Assembly (NCBI GenBank): GCA_965247115.1
Contig: CBDFGR010000003.1
Span: 1,632,001-1,696,000, forward strand
Direction of reading: 5' to 3'
Source: Myxococcota bacterium
GTDB taxonomy: Bacteria; Myxococcota_A; UBA9160; SZUA-336
DNA: 64,000 nt
Shown: positions 19,606-29,441 of the stretch, one piece after another
Position numbering within the stretch: position 1 is the first letter of the stretch
Layout: every line of letters starts with the position of its first letter
Program-made: the position numbers and the translations under genes
The notes under the pieces: model-generated
What the model was told of the DNA's origin: nothing
Seen by the model: the letters and a program-made list of their open reading frames with translations, nothing else
The model's database searches: none

Positions 19606-20823
19606 ATGTCCGTGACCGCTCCTGGACCGTTCGGAGATCAGCCGTACAGCACTCGCAGCGTGGTTGGAGCGGCCGCCTACCTGAGTGGCATTGGGAGCCT
19701 GTTCGGAAACGTAGCGCCCATCGTGTTTGGAGCGATGGCCGAGCATCTGGCCATCGGGAATCGGCGAGTCGGCTATCTGGCGTCGGCGCTGATCGTCTCG
19801 GGCGCTGTCAGGGTCACTGCCCCGATCTGGATTCGTCGGGTCAACTGGCGGAAGCTGAGCGCAGGCGCCACGCTGATCGGTGCAGTCATCCTCGCGGCCG
19901 CGGGGTTTACGCACTCCTACTGGTACGCCTTGCTGGCCGTTGGGCTCTATGGCCTCATGGACGCTTTGTACAGCTCCGTCGCCTACGCCGCCCTGGGCGA
20001 CTCGTCGAATCCGGAACGAGCCTACGCCATCTCGATCGTGGCCTCGATGGTGCTGGCGGCGCTGACAGCGCTCGCCCTCACGAATCTGGCAGCACCGCGC
20101 TTTGGCTACGCGGGGATCATGCTGGTATTCGCATGCATCGTCTTGACCGGTGCGCTCGTCGTCCCGTTCCTGCCGGGACGCGGAGAGGCGGTGGATGGGG
20201 GGGGTCCCGTTTCGAGCTCCTCGGCCATCACCTGGGCCGGGATCGGCCGCCTCCTGGTGGCGATGCTGGCAGCGGTCGTGTTCCTGAGCGGAATCTTTGC
20301 GGTGTGGGTGTTCTCCGAACGCTACGGCTCGAGCGTCGGTATCGAGCTGGAGTTCATCGGGCTCAGTCTCATGATCGCCTCACTGGTGACCGCAGGTTCA
20401 GCACTTCTCGCCGCGTTCATGGGTGGCAGAGGGCACACGGTGCTGGTGACTGCCACCGGGGTTGCGATCGTGGTCAGCAGCCTCGTCCTGCTGGAGCGCG
20501 GGACGGCGGCGAGCTTCCTCGTGGGCTTGAGCCTCTTCAGCTTTGGTTGGGGCCTCGCTCAGCCCTTCTATCCGGCCGTTGTCAGGCTGGTGGACTCCTC
20601 GGGACGCCTGTTCACGGCTTCACCGGCAGTGGTGAGCATCGGTGCAGCAGCCGGCCTTGCATTGGGCGGGAGCATCGTCGAGTGGTACGGGTTCCGGGCG
20701 CTGCTCGTTGCGAGCGCGACCGCGCTCATAGCGAGCGTAGGGTTGATGGCGATCTCTCTCCGGTGGTCCCAGGTAGCCGCGGCAGACAGGGAGACGATCA
20801 CAGAGATGGAGAGATCGGCATGA
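19606..20823 (+). CDS. MFS transporter
   Basis: About 12 hydrophobic helices over 405 aa; abuts the aminotransferase stop. Confidence 0.8.
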   Translation: MSVTAPGPFGDQPYSTRSVVGAAAYLSGIGSLFGNVAPIVFGAMAEHLAIGNRRVGYLASALIVSGAVRVTAPIWIRRVNWRKLSAGATLIGAVILAAAGFTHSYWYALLAVGLYGLMDALYSSVAYAALGDSSNPERAYAISIVASMVLAALTALALTNLAAPRFGYAGIMLVFACIVLTGALVVPFLPGRGEAVDGGGPVSSSSAITWAGIGRLLVAMLAAVVFLSGIFAVWVFSERYGSSVGIELEFIGLSLMIASLVTAGSALLAAFMGGRGHTVLVTATGVAIVVSSLVLLERGTAASFLVGLSLFSFGWGLAQPFYPAVVRLVDSSGRLFTASPAVVSIGAAAGLALGGSIVEWYGFRALLVASATALIASVGLMAISLRWSQVAAADRETITEMERSA

Positions 20824-21445
20824 GTCGAGGATCCGCGAGGCCAAGCGCGGCCGTCTCCAAGAAGACCAGCCCTCGACCCTATCGTGGCCGCCCCCGCCGC
20901 GACGGCCGCCTGCCCCTGTCCGCACAGGACATCCTCCGCGTGGCCCTGCGAAGGTTCGCAGCGAGCGGGTATGCGACGACCAGTGTGCGACAGATTGCCG
21001 AGGAGCTCGGCGTCTTCCCGGCCTCCATCTACAATCACTTCGGCAGCAAAGAGGCGATGCTGGATGCGTGCTTCTCGGCGGGGGTTCTTCGCGCCGAGGC
21101 GGACTATAGCGTTTCTTCTTGCTGCCGGAGATCAGAGAGAAGCCCTTGCCCGGGGTCACTGCGCTCTGGGATGAGATTTGCGGGACATACGAGGAAGTCA
21201 TCAAAGCTGGCATCGAGGAGGGCGCGTTCGTCGACGTCCCGTCACGGGTCACTGCCGAGCACTTCTTCTCACTGACGCTCACCGTCCTGGCATCGTTCAG
21301 GCCAGAGGGTTTGGGCGCAGCACGTGAGCAAGCGACCGCAGCTGCGGACCTCGCGCTCCGGTCCCTCCTGGTGCGCCCCAGTCGATTGAACGCCATCCGA
21401 CGGAGAGCGGCAAAGCTGGAGCTGACTCCAAGGAAGCAAGCTTGA
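20820..21445 (+). pseudogene. TetR-family regulator, frameshifted near 21110
   Basis: HTH (FAASGYATTSVRQIAEELGVFPASIYNHFGSKE) in one frame; ligand domain (YEEVIKAGIEEGAF) in another. Confidence 0.75.
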
Positions 21446-21505
21446 CGACTCGCTGAAAGGAGGCGGACGTGGACACGATCGAGAGCACGTACCCGGTACG
21501 CCACA

Positions 21506-21751
21506 GTGGGCGTGGCGATCGCGCTCGCCTCCCTGGTAGCAAGTGCGACGCTCGCCTACTGGAGCGTCGGCGCTGCCAGCGAGAAGCCCGGACTGCTGAC
21601 GGTGACCTGGATCGTCGCCGCGGGCTTCTCCGTGACGGCAGTCGTCTTTCAAGCCCTCAAGCTGTCACCTGCCCGGCAGCTCGTACAGCAACCCGTCGCC
21701 GCGGACGCGCTGCGCACGCATCTACGCGAGCTCAGGGCAGCTCGTGACTGA
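21506..21751 (+). CDS. Small membrane protein or gene fragment
   Basis: Two hydrophobic segments; no recognisable family. Confidence 0.3.
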   Translation: MGVAIALASLVASATLAYWSVGAASEKPGLLTVTWIVAAGFSVTAVVFQALKLSPARQLVQQPVAADALRTHLRELRAARD

Positions 21752-21797
21752 GAAGAAGGAACCGGCGTCAACGACAAGTAAGACGCCAGCTCACTCG

Positions 21798-22088
21798 TCA
21801 CGCGTCGAACGGCTCGGAAAACCGAAAGCTGGGGGCGCCCTCGAGCAGTGCTCCGAAATTCGCAAGAGCTCCGGTCTCCTCTCTCCAGGCCAGGTACTTG
21901 TCGTAGTGAGGCTTGGAGTCCCAGAGCTCGACGAGGACCACGGTCTGGCCGTCGTCGTTGAGGTAGGGCGTGACGGATTGACAGCCCTCGTAGGCACGCG
22001 TCTCAGGCAGGAGCTTGGCAAGAAGCCCTTTTAGCTCCTCGACAGCACCCGCCTTCGCCTTCGCTTCCAGAATCACCAACGTAGGCAT
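21798..22088 (-). CDS. Antibiotic biosynthesis monooxygenase (ABM) family protein
   Basis: LPETRAYEGC, LVELWDS, YLAWREETG; ATG at 22088 with AGGAG RBS. Confidence 0.85.
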   Translation of the reverse strand: MPTLVILEAKAKAGAVEELKGLLAKLLPETRAYEGCQSVTPYLNDDGQTVVLVELWDSKPHYDKYLAWREETGALANFGALLEGAPSFRFSEPFDA

Positions 22089-22191
22089 CTTCTCTCTCCT
22101 CTTTGATGGATTCCCAGTACTTACCGGTCGTCTCTGGGCCATGATATCCTACTACACAGATGGACTAGTTTGGTACTCGGAGGCGGGAATT

Positions 22192-22725
22192 ATGGGCACC
22201 AGACCCGTAAGACGATTGGTGACCGGGCATGATGAAAACGGCAAGTCCAAGTTCCTCATGGATGGGGATGCGCCCTGTGTTCTGGCGATGGACAAGATGG
22301 GCAATCTGACGGTGACGGATTTGTGGGAGACGACCGATAGCCCCGCAGATAATACCGGCGAGAAAGACAACACCGATCGGCCAGTACACTTGGAGCCCGA
22401 AAAGAGAGGCACTGTCTTCCGCGTCGTGGACTTTCCGCCGGATTCAGCGTGGAAGGACGGCGCCGACGGCGGGGACGCGTTCGACCAGCTTCAGGCCCGT
22501 CACGTCGCCGACGGGGACCACAGTGATCCGGCGATGCACAAGACGGATTCGGTGGACTACGCGCTGGTGCTGGACGGCGAGATCTGGGCGGTGATGGATA
22601 CCGAGGAACGCCTCATGCGGGCGGGTGATGCGATCATTCAACGGGGAACAACTCACGCCTGGGCAAACAAGACCGATCGATTCTGCCGCATGATGTTCGT
22701 GCTGTGCGGCGCCGATCCGGTATGA
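22192..22725 (+). CDS. Cupin domain protein
   Basis: RRLVTGHDENGKS, MHKTDSVDY, IQRGTTHAWAN. Confidence 0.88.
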   Translation: MGTRPVRRLVTGHDENGKSKFLMDGDAPCVLAMDKMGNLTVTDLWETTDSPADNTGEKDNTDRPVHLEPEKRGTVFRVVDFPPDSAWKDGADGGDAFDQLQARHVADGDHSDPAMHKTDSVDYALVLDGEIWAVMDTEERLMRAGDAIIQRGTTHAWANKTDRFCRMMFVLCGADPV

Positions 22726-22746
22726 CGCGGATGGTGGTCCTCTCCT

Positions 22747-23592
22747 TCACAGTTTAAAGAGCCGGGCGGCGTTGCCGCCGAGCAGCTTCTCGCGTACGGC
22801 TTGTTTGAGCTCCATTTCCTGCCACTCGGCGACCGCGCGCCCGATGTCGAAGGCCGGCCAGTCGGTGCCGAAGAGGATCTGGTCCTGAAGCACGCTGTTC
22901 ATGAAGCGGTACATGACTTCCCAGCCACTGCCCGGTGCGGCGATGTACTTGGGCGAGAGGCCGCCGAACTCGAGGTAAACGTTTCTGTGCTTGCGCGCCA
23001 CGGCAACCATCTCTGCAGTCCATGGCCAGCCGGCGTGGCAGGCGACCAGATCGAGCTCAGGAAACGCGCATGCAATCTCGTCCAAGAGCATCGGGTGGTC
23101 ATTTCCAAACGGGAGGGTCGTGCCATAGTTGATGCCGGTATGAACAAAGACAACAAGACCCAGCTCTGCCGCCTTGGCGTAAACCGGATAAAAGCGGCTG
23201 TCGTTGATCCCCAGATGGAAGAATGCCGGTTGAATATTGACGCCGAGAAATCCCCGCTGGGCGCATTCCGCGACCTGAGCAACGGTGCGCATGATATGCG
23301 CAGACTGCTGCTGCGACACCGTCCCGACGCCCCGATAGCGCGGTTCATCGGCGACCATGTCGCTCACGGCCAGATTCATCTGATCGGCGTACTCGCCGAA
23401 TTCGAATTCGGCGTGGACCAGCGCGATGTCCACTTTGTATTCGTCTAACGCAGCCTCGAGTTCCGCGCGACCTGCGTCATCGCGATCGAATACGTCGAGC
23501 ACAGCACCATAGCCCTCCACCAGCTCGGGCGGCCGATCGTGCGTGTCATCGCGAAGATCGACCGGGAGGCGCACTCGGGCATCGACAAGCAT
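22747..23592 (-). CDS. Amidohydrolase_2 family protein
   Basis: PVYAKAAELGLVVFVHTG, ACHAGWPW, ILFGTDWP, LLGGNAARL. Confidence 0.88.
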   Translation of the reverse strand: MLVDARVRLPVDLRDDTHDRPPELVEGYGAVLDVFDRDDAGRAELEAALDEYKVDIALVHAEFEFGEYADQMNLAVSDMVADEPRYRGVGTVSQQQSAHIMRTVAQVAECAQRGFLGVNIQPAFFHLGINDSRFYPVYAKAAELGLVVFVHTGINYGTTLPFGNDHPMLLDEIACAFPELDLVACHAGWPWTAEMVAVARKHRNVYLEFGGLSPKYIAAPGSGWEVMYRFMNSVLQDQILFGTDWPAFDIGRAVAEWQEMELKQAVREKLLGGNAARLFKL

Positions 23593-23675
23593 GTGTTCCT
23601 GCAGGATAGGGGGAACGGGTCTCTGTCGCCGACCATGGTACCTCATAACAGCGCCCATCCGGGCAAGATATCTCC

Positions 23676-25300
23676 ATGGCCGAAGCTGACACGAAAACGG
23701 CTACACTGTCCCCGAAAGCGCCCGGTACCACAACGCTACCGGCTGCCTCTGACAAACGACTGGCACTCGACGTTTTCGAGGAGCAGCTTCGCGCGTCTCC
23801 GCGCAGAGACTTCTTCGCTTTCGCGAAGGCAAGTACACCTATTCGGAATTCGCCGAGGCCTACCTCAGGCTCGCTGGCCGCATGGCGGCGTATGGCATAT
23901 CGCGCCACGACATAGTGCCGACCTTCTTTCCAAACAGCGGACCGGCTGTCGAGGTCTGGTTTGCGCTGATGCACCTTGGCGCGGTGTGGGCGCCGGTGAA
24001 TACGGAGTTTCGCGGGGAGCAGCTCATCCGCGCGCTTAATCTGATGGAATCGGACACACTGATCGTCGATGCGCCCTATCTCGGCCAGATCATCGACGTG
24101 CTGCCGCTTTTGACGCACGTCAAGAGGATCGTCGTGCACGGCTCCGATAAAGTGCTGACAGACGATAAGGTCGAGTTCGCAGGCTACGAGCAGTTACCCG
24201 ACGGAGAGGCACCAGCCCGTACGGACATCGAGCGTGCCGAAGTGGCGGTGATTCAATTCACCTCGGGCTCGACGGGCGTTTCCAAGGCCGTGCAACTCTC
24301 TCACGGCTATCTGATTGGGCAGGGGAGGATGGTCGCCCAGGTCTTCGGGCTCAACCAAGATGACGTGCTGTTCTGCCCGTTCCCGTTGTACCATTGGGAT
24401 GCCACCGTCGGCACGGTAGTGGCCGCGCTCAGTAGTGGCTGCACGGCGGCCCTCGCACCAAAGTTCAGCGTATCGCGCTTCTGGGAGGACATTCGCTATT
24501 TCGGTGCCACGGTGTTCGACTTCATGGGTGCGACGCTGACGTTCCTCTACCGCTTGCACGAGCGTCCGGACGACGGCGACAATCCCGTACGTCTCGCCTG
24601 GGGCGTGCCGATGCCCGAATTCAAGGCCGCCTTCGAGCGCCGTTTCGACCTCACGCTGATCGAAGGCTACGGCAGCACCGAGGGTGGCATCGCCGTATTC
24701 CAGTCCCCGGACAAGCGCTATCCCGAGAGCAGCTGTGGAGAGGTCTTGCCAGGTTGGAATCTCAAGATCCTCGATGACGTTGGCAACGAAGTGCCAGCGG
24801 GTGAAGTAGGCGAGATAGTCAGCAAGCCGGACGATCCGACCCAGATGATGAACGGCTATTTGAAGTTGACCGACGTGAACGCCGAGCTCATCCGCGACGG
24901 TTGGTATCTCACAGGTGATCTTGGCCGGGTCGATGAGGCGGGCTGTCTGTACTTCGCTGGACGCAAGAAGGATGTCATTCGCCGCCGTGGCGAGAACATG
25001 TCGGCGCTCGAGATCGAAACCGCAGTCGGCAGCCACTCGGCCGTCATGGAGGTCGCAGCCTATGGCGTGCCCAGCGAGTTCTCGGAGGAGGAAGTCGCTG
25101 TCGCGATCGTCATTCGAGAAGGTTCGGCGCTCACAAAGCAAGAGGTGCTGGACCACTGCGAAGGCAAGATGGCACGTTACATGATCCCCGAGCACATCCT
25201 GTTTCTCGACAAGCTGCCGAAGACGCCGACACAGAAGGTCGCCAAGGCCGATCTCAAGAGACTACACGCGGACATCATCCAGGAGGGCAAATCCGCATGA
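23676..25300 (+). pseudogene. CaiC-like acyl-CoA synthetase (AMP-binding) with a 1-nt frameshift near 23813, or a sequencing error
   Basis: FTSGSTGVSK, YGSTE, TGDLG, RRRGEN, LPKTPTQK; the N terminus (..SPRRDF) joins ..RFREGKYTYSEF only if one base is added. Confidence 0.75.
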
Positions 25301-27174
25301 CGCAACGAGAGTTCAAGCCGAAGGTATTGGCTCTAACAAGCCGGTTGGTGCGAAGTGTGTCCGCGGTCGTCATAGCGCTTGGCAGCCTTTCCTGCGCTGA
25401 TTCGCAGGAAGATGTGCAGGAGCCTCAATCCGACCAGTCTTATTACATATCCATGCGAGATGGAGTTCGGCTTGCTGTGAGCATCTACTTTCCAGAACGC
25501 AAGATGCCGACGAGAAAGTTGCCCACGATCTTGATCCAGACACGATACGGACGGGAATGGGTATTCGAGATCGGCGAGCGGCAGGGTGGCTACGAGTACT
25601 TTCGGGATTCGGGAGCTGTGATCGCGATCGTCGACGACCGCGGATCGACCGCCTCAACGGGGTCGCGCACTCTTGAAATGGGTCCTGAGCTGATTCGGGA
25701 CATGGATGAAGTCATTGATCATTTTGCTGAACGACCCTGGTCGAATGGTCAGGTCTTTACCACCGGCGTCTCCTATATGGCGGATACCGCCGATCTATCG
25801 ACCGGCAGTCAGCATCCGGCGTTGAAGGGCGCGATCGTCCGCGAGGCGGATTTCGACTTCTACCGGCATCTGTTCAATCCAGGGGGTGTGGCCAATGATC
25901 TGTTCATTCATTCCTGGGGCACGTGGATACTGACCATCGACACGGGCCAAACGGAGCAGGACGGGGTCTCGATCGACTGCGTCAAGCGGGTGGCCGACTG
26001 CGCCCACTTTCGGCCGAATGTGATGCCGGTCAAGGACGACCAGGACATGAGCCAAATGCGCTCATCGTTGAGGGATCGCGTGCGTTGGCCCCCCGATGCC
26101 TACGACAGCGCAGCGTTCCGCGATGACAAGGGAGCGAACGGGTTCACGATCTTTCAGTCCAGCCCTTCTGCCTATCTGGACTCCATCTCGGCAAGAGCGC
26201 TACCGGTACAGTACTGGGGGAGCTGGATCGATGCTGGGACGGCGGCCGGAGCATTGGACCGTTACCGGTCGCTTCCGCACGTCCCGATGGAGGTGTGGAT
26301 AACGGGGAATGATCATCTCAACGAGCAGAATGCCGATCCATTCTTTCCGGAGCGAGAGTCGCCTTTTCCACCAATAGATGAGCAGCGCGAGCTGATGCGC
26401 TCATTCTTCGATCGGCTCGGAGCTGGCGAAGAGATCCAGCGAACGATCCACTACTACGTGCTGGGGACTGGCACATACAGGCAAGCCTCGACCTGGCCGC
26501 CGGCGGACCTGAGCGAGACGTTTCTTTTCTTTGCCGACGGAAGTCAGTTGACGACGAATCGCCCGGAACATGGTGAGGCCGACTTTTACGAAGTCGATTT
26601 CACGGCCACGACAGGCGATTACAACCGCTGGACAACGCAGTTCGGAGCTCCACCGGACTACCGCGATCGACGAGAGGAAGACAAGAAGTTGTTCGTCTAT
26701 ACCGGGGATCCCGTGGAGCAGGACATGGAAGTCGCCGGTACTCCGTACGTTACGTTGCATGTCAAGACGAGAACGACCGACCCGGCGTTCTACGTGTATC
26801 TGGAAGATGTCGCGCCGGATGGTTATGTCACGTACCTGACGGAAGGCCAGTTTCGCGCGGTCAATCGCAAGATCGCGGAGCCTGAATCGCTACCGTATGA
26901 CCAAGGGCCGGATGTGCATACCTATGCCCGCGAAGATGCGCAACCGATGAGGCCTGATCGTATTGAGCAGGTACGGTTCTCGCTGTTTCCACTGGCCGCC
27001 AGGATCAAGAAGGGTCACCGCTTACGCGTTGCGATCGGCGGCGCGGATGGTGACCGGTTTCGCCGATATTCTCATGGGCAGCCGGAGTCGTTTCAGATCC
27101 ATACCGGCGGAGCAACTCCAAGTGGTATTACGGTCCCGCTAGGCCCATGGCACGAGGGAGGCGGAGAAACGTAG
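25297..27174 (+). CDS. CocE/NonD family serine hydrolase, probable lipoprotein
   Basis: MRDGVRLA, QTRYGR, PWSNGQV, GVSY nucleophile, KKGHRLRVAI; lipobox-like SLSC. Confidence 0.88.
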   Translation: MTQREFKPKVLALTSRLVRSVSAVVIALGSLSCADSQEDVQEPQSDQSYYISMRDGVRLAVSIYFPERKMPTRKLPTILIQTRYGREWVFEIGERQGGYEYFRDSGAVIAIVDDRGSTASTGSRTLEMGPELIRDMDEVIDHFAERPWSNGQVFTTGVSYMADTADLSTGSQHPALKGAIVREADFDFYRHLFNPGGVANDLFIHSWGTWILTIDTGQTEQDGVSIDCVKRVADCAHFRPNVMPVKDDQDMSQMRSSLRDRVRWPPDAYDSAAFRDDKGANGFTIFQSSPSAYLDSISARALPVQYWGSWIDAGTAAGALDRYRSLPHVPMEVWITGNDHLNEQNADPFFPERESPFPPIDEQRELMRSFFDRLGAGEEIQRTIHYYVLGTGTYRQASTWPPADLSETFLFFADGSQLTTNRPEHGEADFYEVDFTATTGDYNRWTTQFGAPPDYRDRREEDKKLFVYTGDPVEQDMEVAGTPYVTLHVKTRTTDPAFYVYLEDVAPDGYVTYLTEGQFRAVNRKIAEPESLPYDQGPDVHTYAREDAQPMRPDRIEQVRFSLFPLAARIKKGHRLRVAIGGADGDRFRRYSHGQPESFQIHTGGATPSGITVPLGPWHEGGGET

Positions 27175-27176
27175 TG

Positions 27177-27632
27177 TCACAAATGACCGAGTCCCGGGTC
27201 AGTCGCCCAGCCTTTGGCTAGCGGTACTAAATAGAACATCTCGACCCGGCGAGACGTGAACTTCCACTCGCCGTCGATCTTCTCGTACTCGTCGTGAAGC
27301 CGGCCGGCCCCGATCATGGAGTCGTCACCGCGGGTCCCACGATTCTCCAGCGAGCACCATCCCTTGGCGCGCTTGCCGTCGAGGTGTATGACGTGGTTCG
27401 TGAAGAAGGGCTTCACTTTGAGCGGCCAGGTCGTTGTGTAGAATTCCTTCATGGCTTCGTGGCCCTCGATCAGGCCGCGACCCAGCGAGCTGAAATCTAC
27501 AGAGCCGTCTTCCGTAAACAGGTTCACAAGCCGATCGGCGTCCTGAGCCTCGATGGCCAGGCCGTACTCATAGGTGAGCTCGCGGATCTTTTCACGGTCC
27601 CAGAGTTCCTGGACCATCTCTTCGTGGGTCAT
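27177..27632 (-). CDS. NTF2/SnoaL-like domain protein
   Basis: LWDREKIRELTYEYG, LFTEDG, YEKIDGEWKFTSR. Confidence 0.85.
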   Translation of the reverse strand: MTHEEMVQELWDREKIRELTYEYGLAIEAQDADRLVNLFTEDGSVDFSSLGRGLIEGHEAMKEFYTTTWPLKVKPFFTNHVIHLDGKRAKGWCSLENRGTRGDDSMIGAGRLHDEYEKIDGEWKFTSRRVEMFYLVPLAKGWATDPGLGHL

Positions 27633-28951
27633 GGGCCTAGTTCTCCTAGTGCGGATACCGGCAAGCGTACAGCAGCCGGTGGACTGTGGGTGACCGCCAA
27701 GCTGCTCCGGTCCCTCACAATGCTTGCCAGCTCGAGCAGAATTTCTACCGTCGGCGGGCCCAGCGTCGGTCCGACGTTGCTGTTGAACTGGATCGCCACG
27801 GCAAATCGGTGATCAGGGAAGTACATCATTTCCGACCGGTAGCCGGGGAAGAATCCTCCGTGTCCGTAAGCGAGGCCGAACGGAGTCTGCCGAATGAAGA
27901 CACCGAGTCCGTATCTCACCCCATCGTCGGCATCGACCCCGTCGAGCATCTCGGGCAGGAGCGAGGCGGGGAAGACATCTCCTTCGTAGACGAGCTTCGC
28001 CCAGCGCGCGAGGGCCACCGCGGTCGTGGCGAGACCGCCCCCGGTCCATTCGAACTGAGGATTGATGACGAACACGCCGTCTCTGAGCGCTTCCGTTGCC
28101 GCCCCGGCCCCGCTCGTGGGGACCTGCGCCGTGTCGTCACCATAGCCGTGCAGCGCCGCTTCCATCGACGTTCCCGGGTATCCCTGCGCCAGCCGCTCGA
28201 TGCGTCGCGAGTCCGAGGGGATGATGTCAGCGAGGTCGAAGGGCTCCAACACTCGGCGGTGGAGCTCGCTGTAGTATCCGGAACCAGTACTTCGTTCGAA
28301 GACCATGCCCAGAAGGATGTAGTTCGTATCGGTGTAGTAGAAGTCCGTTCCGGCGGGAAACAGAGCCTCGGCGCCGACCTCGTACTGCACGAGCTCTTCT
28401 GGCCGCCAGACGCGCTCTGGAGCCTGGAAGAGATCATGGATGAACTCAGGATCCACAACGTAGTCGGGAATCCCGGTCGTGTGGTTCATGAGCATCCGGA
28501 CGGTGAGGTCGTCTGCGTTGGGCAGCCCCGCGTACCAAGCATGGTCTCCGAGCCACTTCCCGACGGGATCGTCCAGGCCGAGCCGCCCTTCTCCGACAGC
28601 GCCTAGCGCCAGGGCCGAAACGAAGGTCTTTCCTATGCTCCCGGCAAGCAGCCGATGGTCGGGCCGCATCGCCGTGCCTCTGCTCTGGTCCGCCAGACCC
28701 ACCGCCAATCCGTAGGAGCTGCCGTCGGCAAGGGCGACACCGAAGGTGGCTCCTGGAAACGAGCCGGCGCTATGAAGCTCTTCGAGCTTGGCTTGGAGCG
28801 CTACCCGAAGCCGGTCTGCGTCCGTCTCGTGCCCGCAGGATGCGCCGACAACCAAAAGCGCGGTCACGAGGACGAAAGATCTGAACACTCGAGGGAGCAC
28901 TCCTCTGGAACGTCTTTCGTGCAGTGTGGACGTCCGACTCGATGGGCTCAC
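27629..28951 (-). CDS. Serine hydrolase (beta-lactamase/D-aminopeptidase family)
   Basis: SxxK (GSIGK), LMNHTTG, YTDTNYILLG, YGHGGFFPGY. Confidence 0.88.
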   Translation of the reverse strand: MSPSSRTSTLHERRSRGVLPRVFRSFVLVTALLVVGASCGHETDADRLRVALQAKLEELHSAGSFPGATFGVALADGSSYGLAVGLADQSRGTAMRPDHRLLAGSIGKTFVSALALGAVGEGRLGLDDPVGKWLGDHAWYAGLPNADDLTVRMLMNHTTGIPDYVVDPEFIHDLFQAPERVWRPEELVQYEVGAEALFPAGTDFYYTDTNYILLGMVFERSTGSGYYSELHRRVLEPFDLADIIPSDSRRIERLAQGYPGTSMEAALHGYGDDTAQVPTSGAGAATEALRDGVFVINPQFEWTGGGLATTAVALARWAKLVYEGDVFPASLLPEMLDGVDADDGVRYGLGVFIRQTPFGLAYGHGGFFPGYRSEMMYFPDHRFAVAIQFNSNVGPTLGPPTVEILLELASIVRDRSSLAVTHSPPAAVRLPVSALGELGP

Positions 28952-28981
28952 GATCGGATTCGAGCGGCGCTTCTGAACGAC

Positions 28982-29305
28982 CTACGGCGACAGGCCACAC
29001 TCTTGCTTGATCTCTGCGATCTTAGCGTCGATGTCGTCGTTGTACTTTCCGCTCGCGACGCTGGCCCGATTGCCATAGTCCCCGCCAAGAATCCCCGCTA
29101 CGGCCGCAACCGGAAGGATCATTCGTACGCCAGAAGCCACTTGTTTCCCAGTAGAGGCTTTCTCGCCCTCGAGCTCTGCGATGTCCGCAGCAGCCGTTTC
29201 GCAATCGACGGGTTCAGCGAGATCCGCCTTCGCCTCATCTGAGATGGTGCGACACCCTGCAACAACTCCAATACAGAGCACAAGCAAGAACACTGTCTTT
29301 GCCAC
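28982..29305 (-). CDS. Hypothetical lipoprotein
   Basis: Lipobox VVAGC after AAGGAG RBS; two further Cys residues (VDC, QECG). Confidence 0.7.
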   Translation of the reverse strand: MAKTVFLLVLCIGVVAGCRTISDEAKADLAEPVDCETAAADIAELEGEKASTGKQVASGVRMILPVAAVAGILGGDYGNRASVASGKYNDDIDAKIAEIKQECGLSP

Positions 29306-29441
29306 GATCAACTCCTTTATCTGAGACGTGCCCGGAAGCCGGTCAGCGCTCCCGCGCAATATACCAGGATGAGAGTGTGCATGGCAGCTAACCAATCTGC
29401 GTCGTTTTTCGCTGCAGGCGGTATAGTCGAATCGCCTCAGC

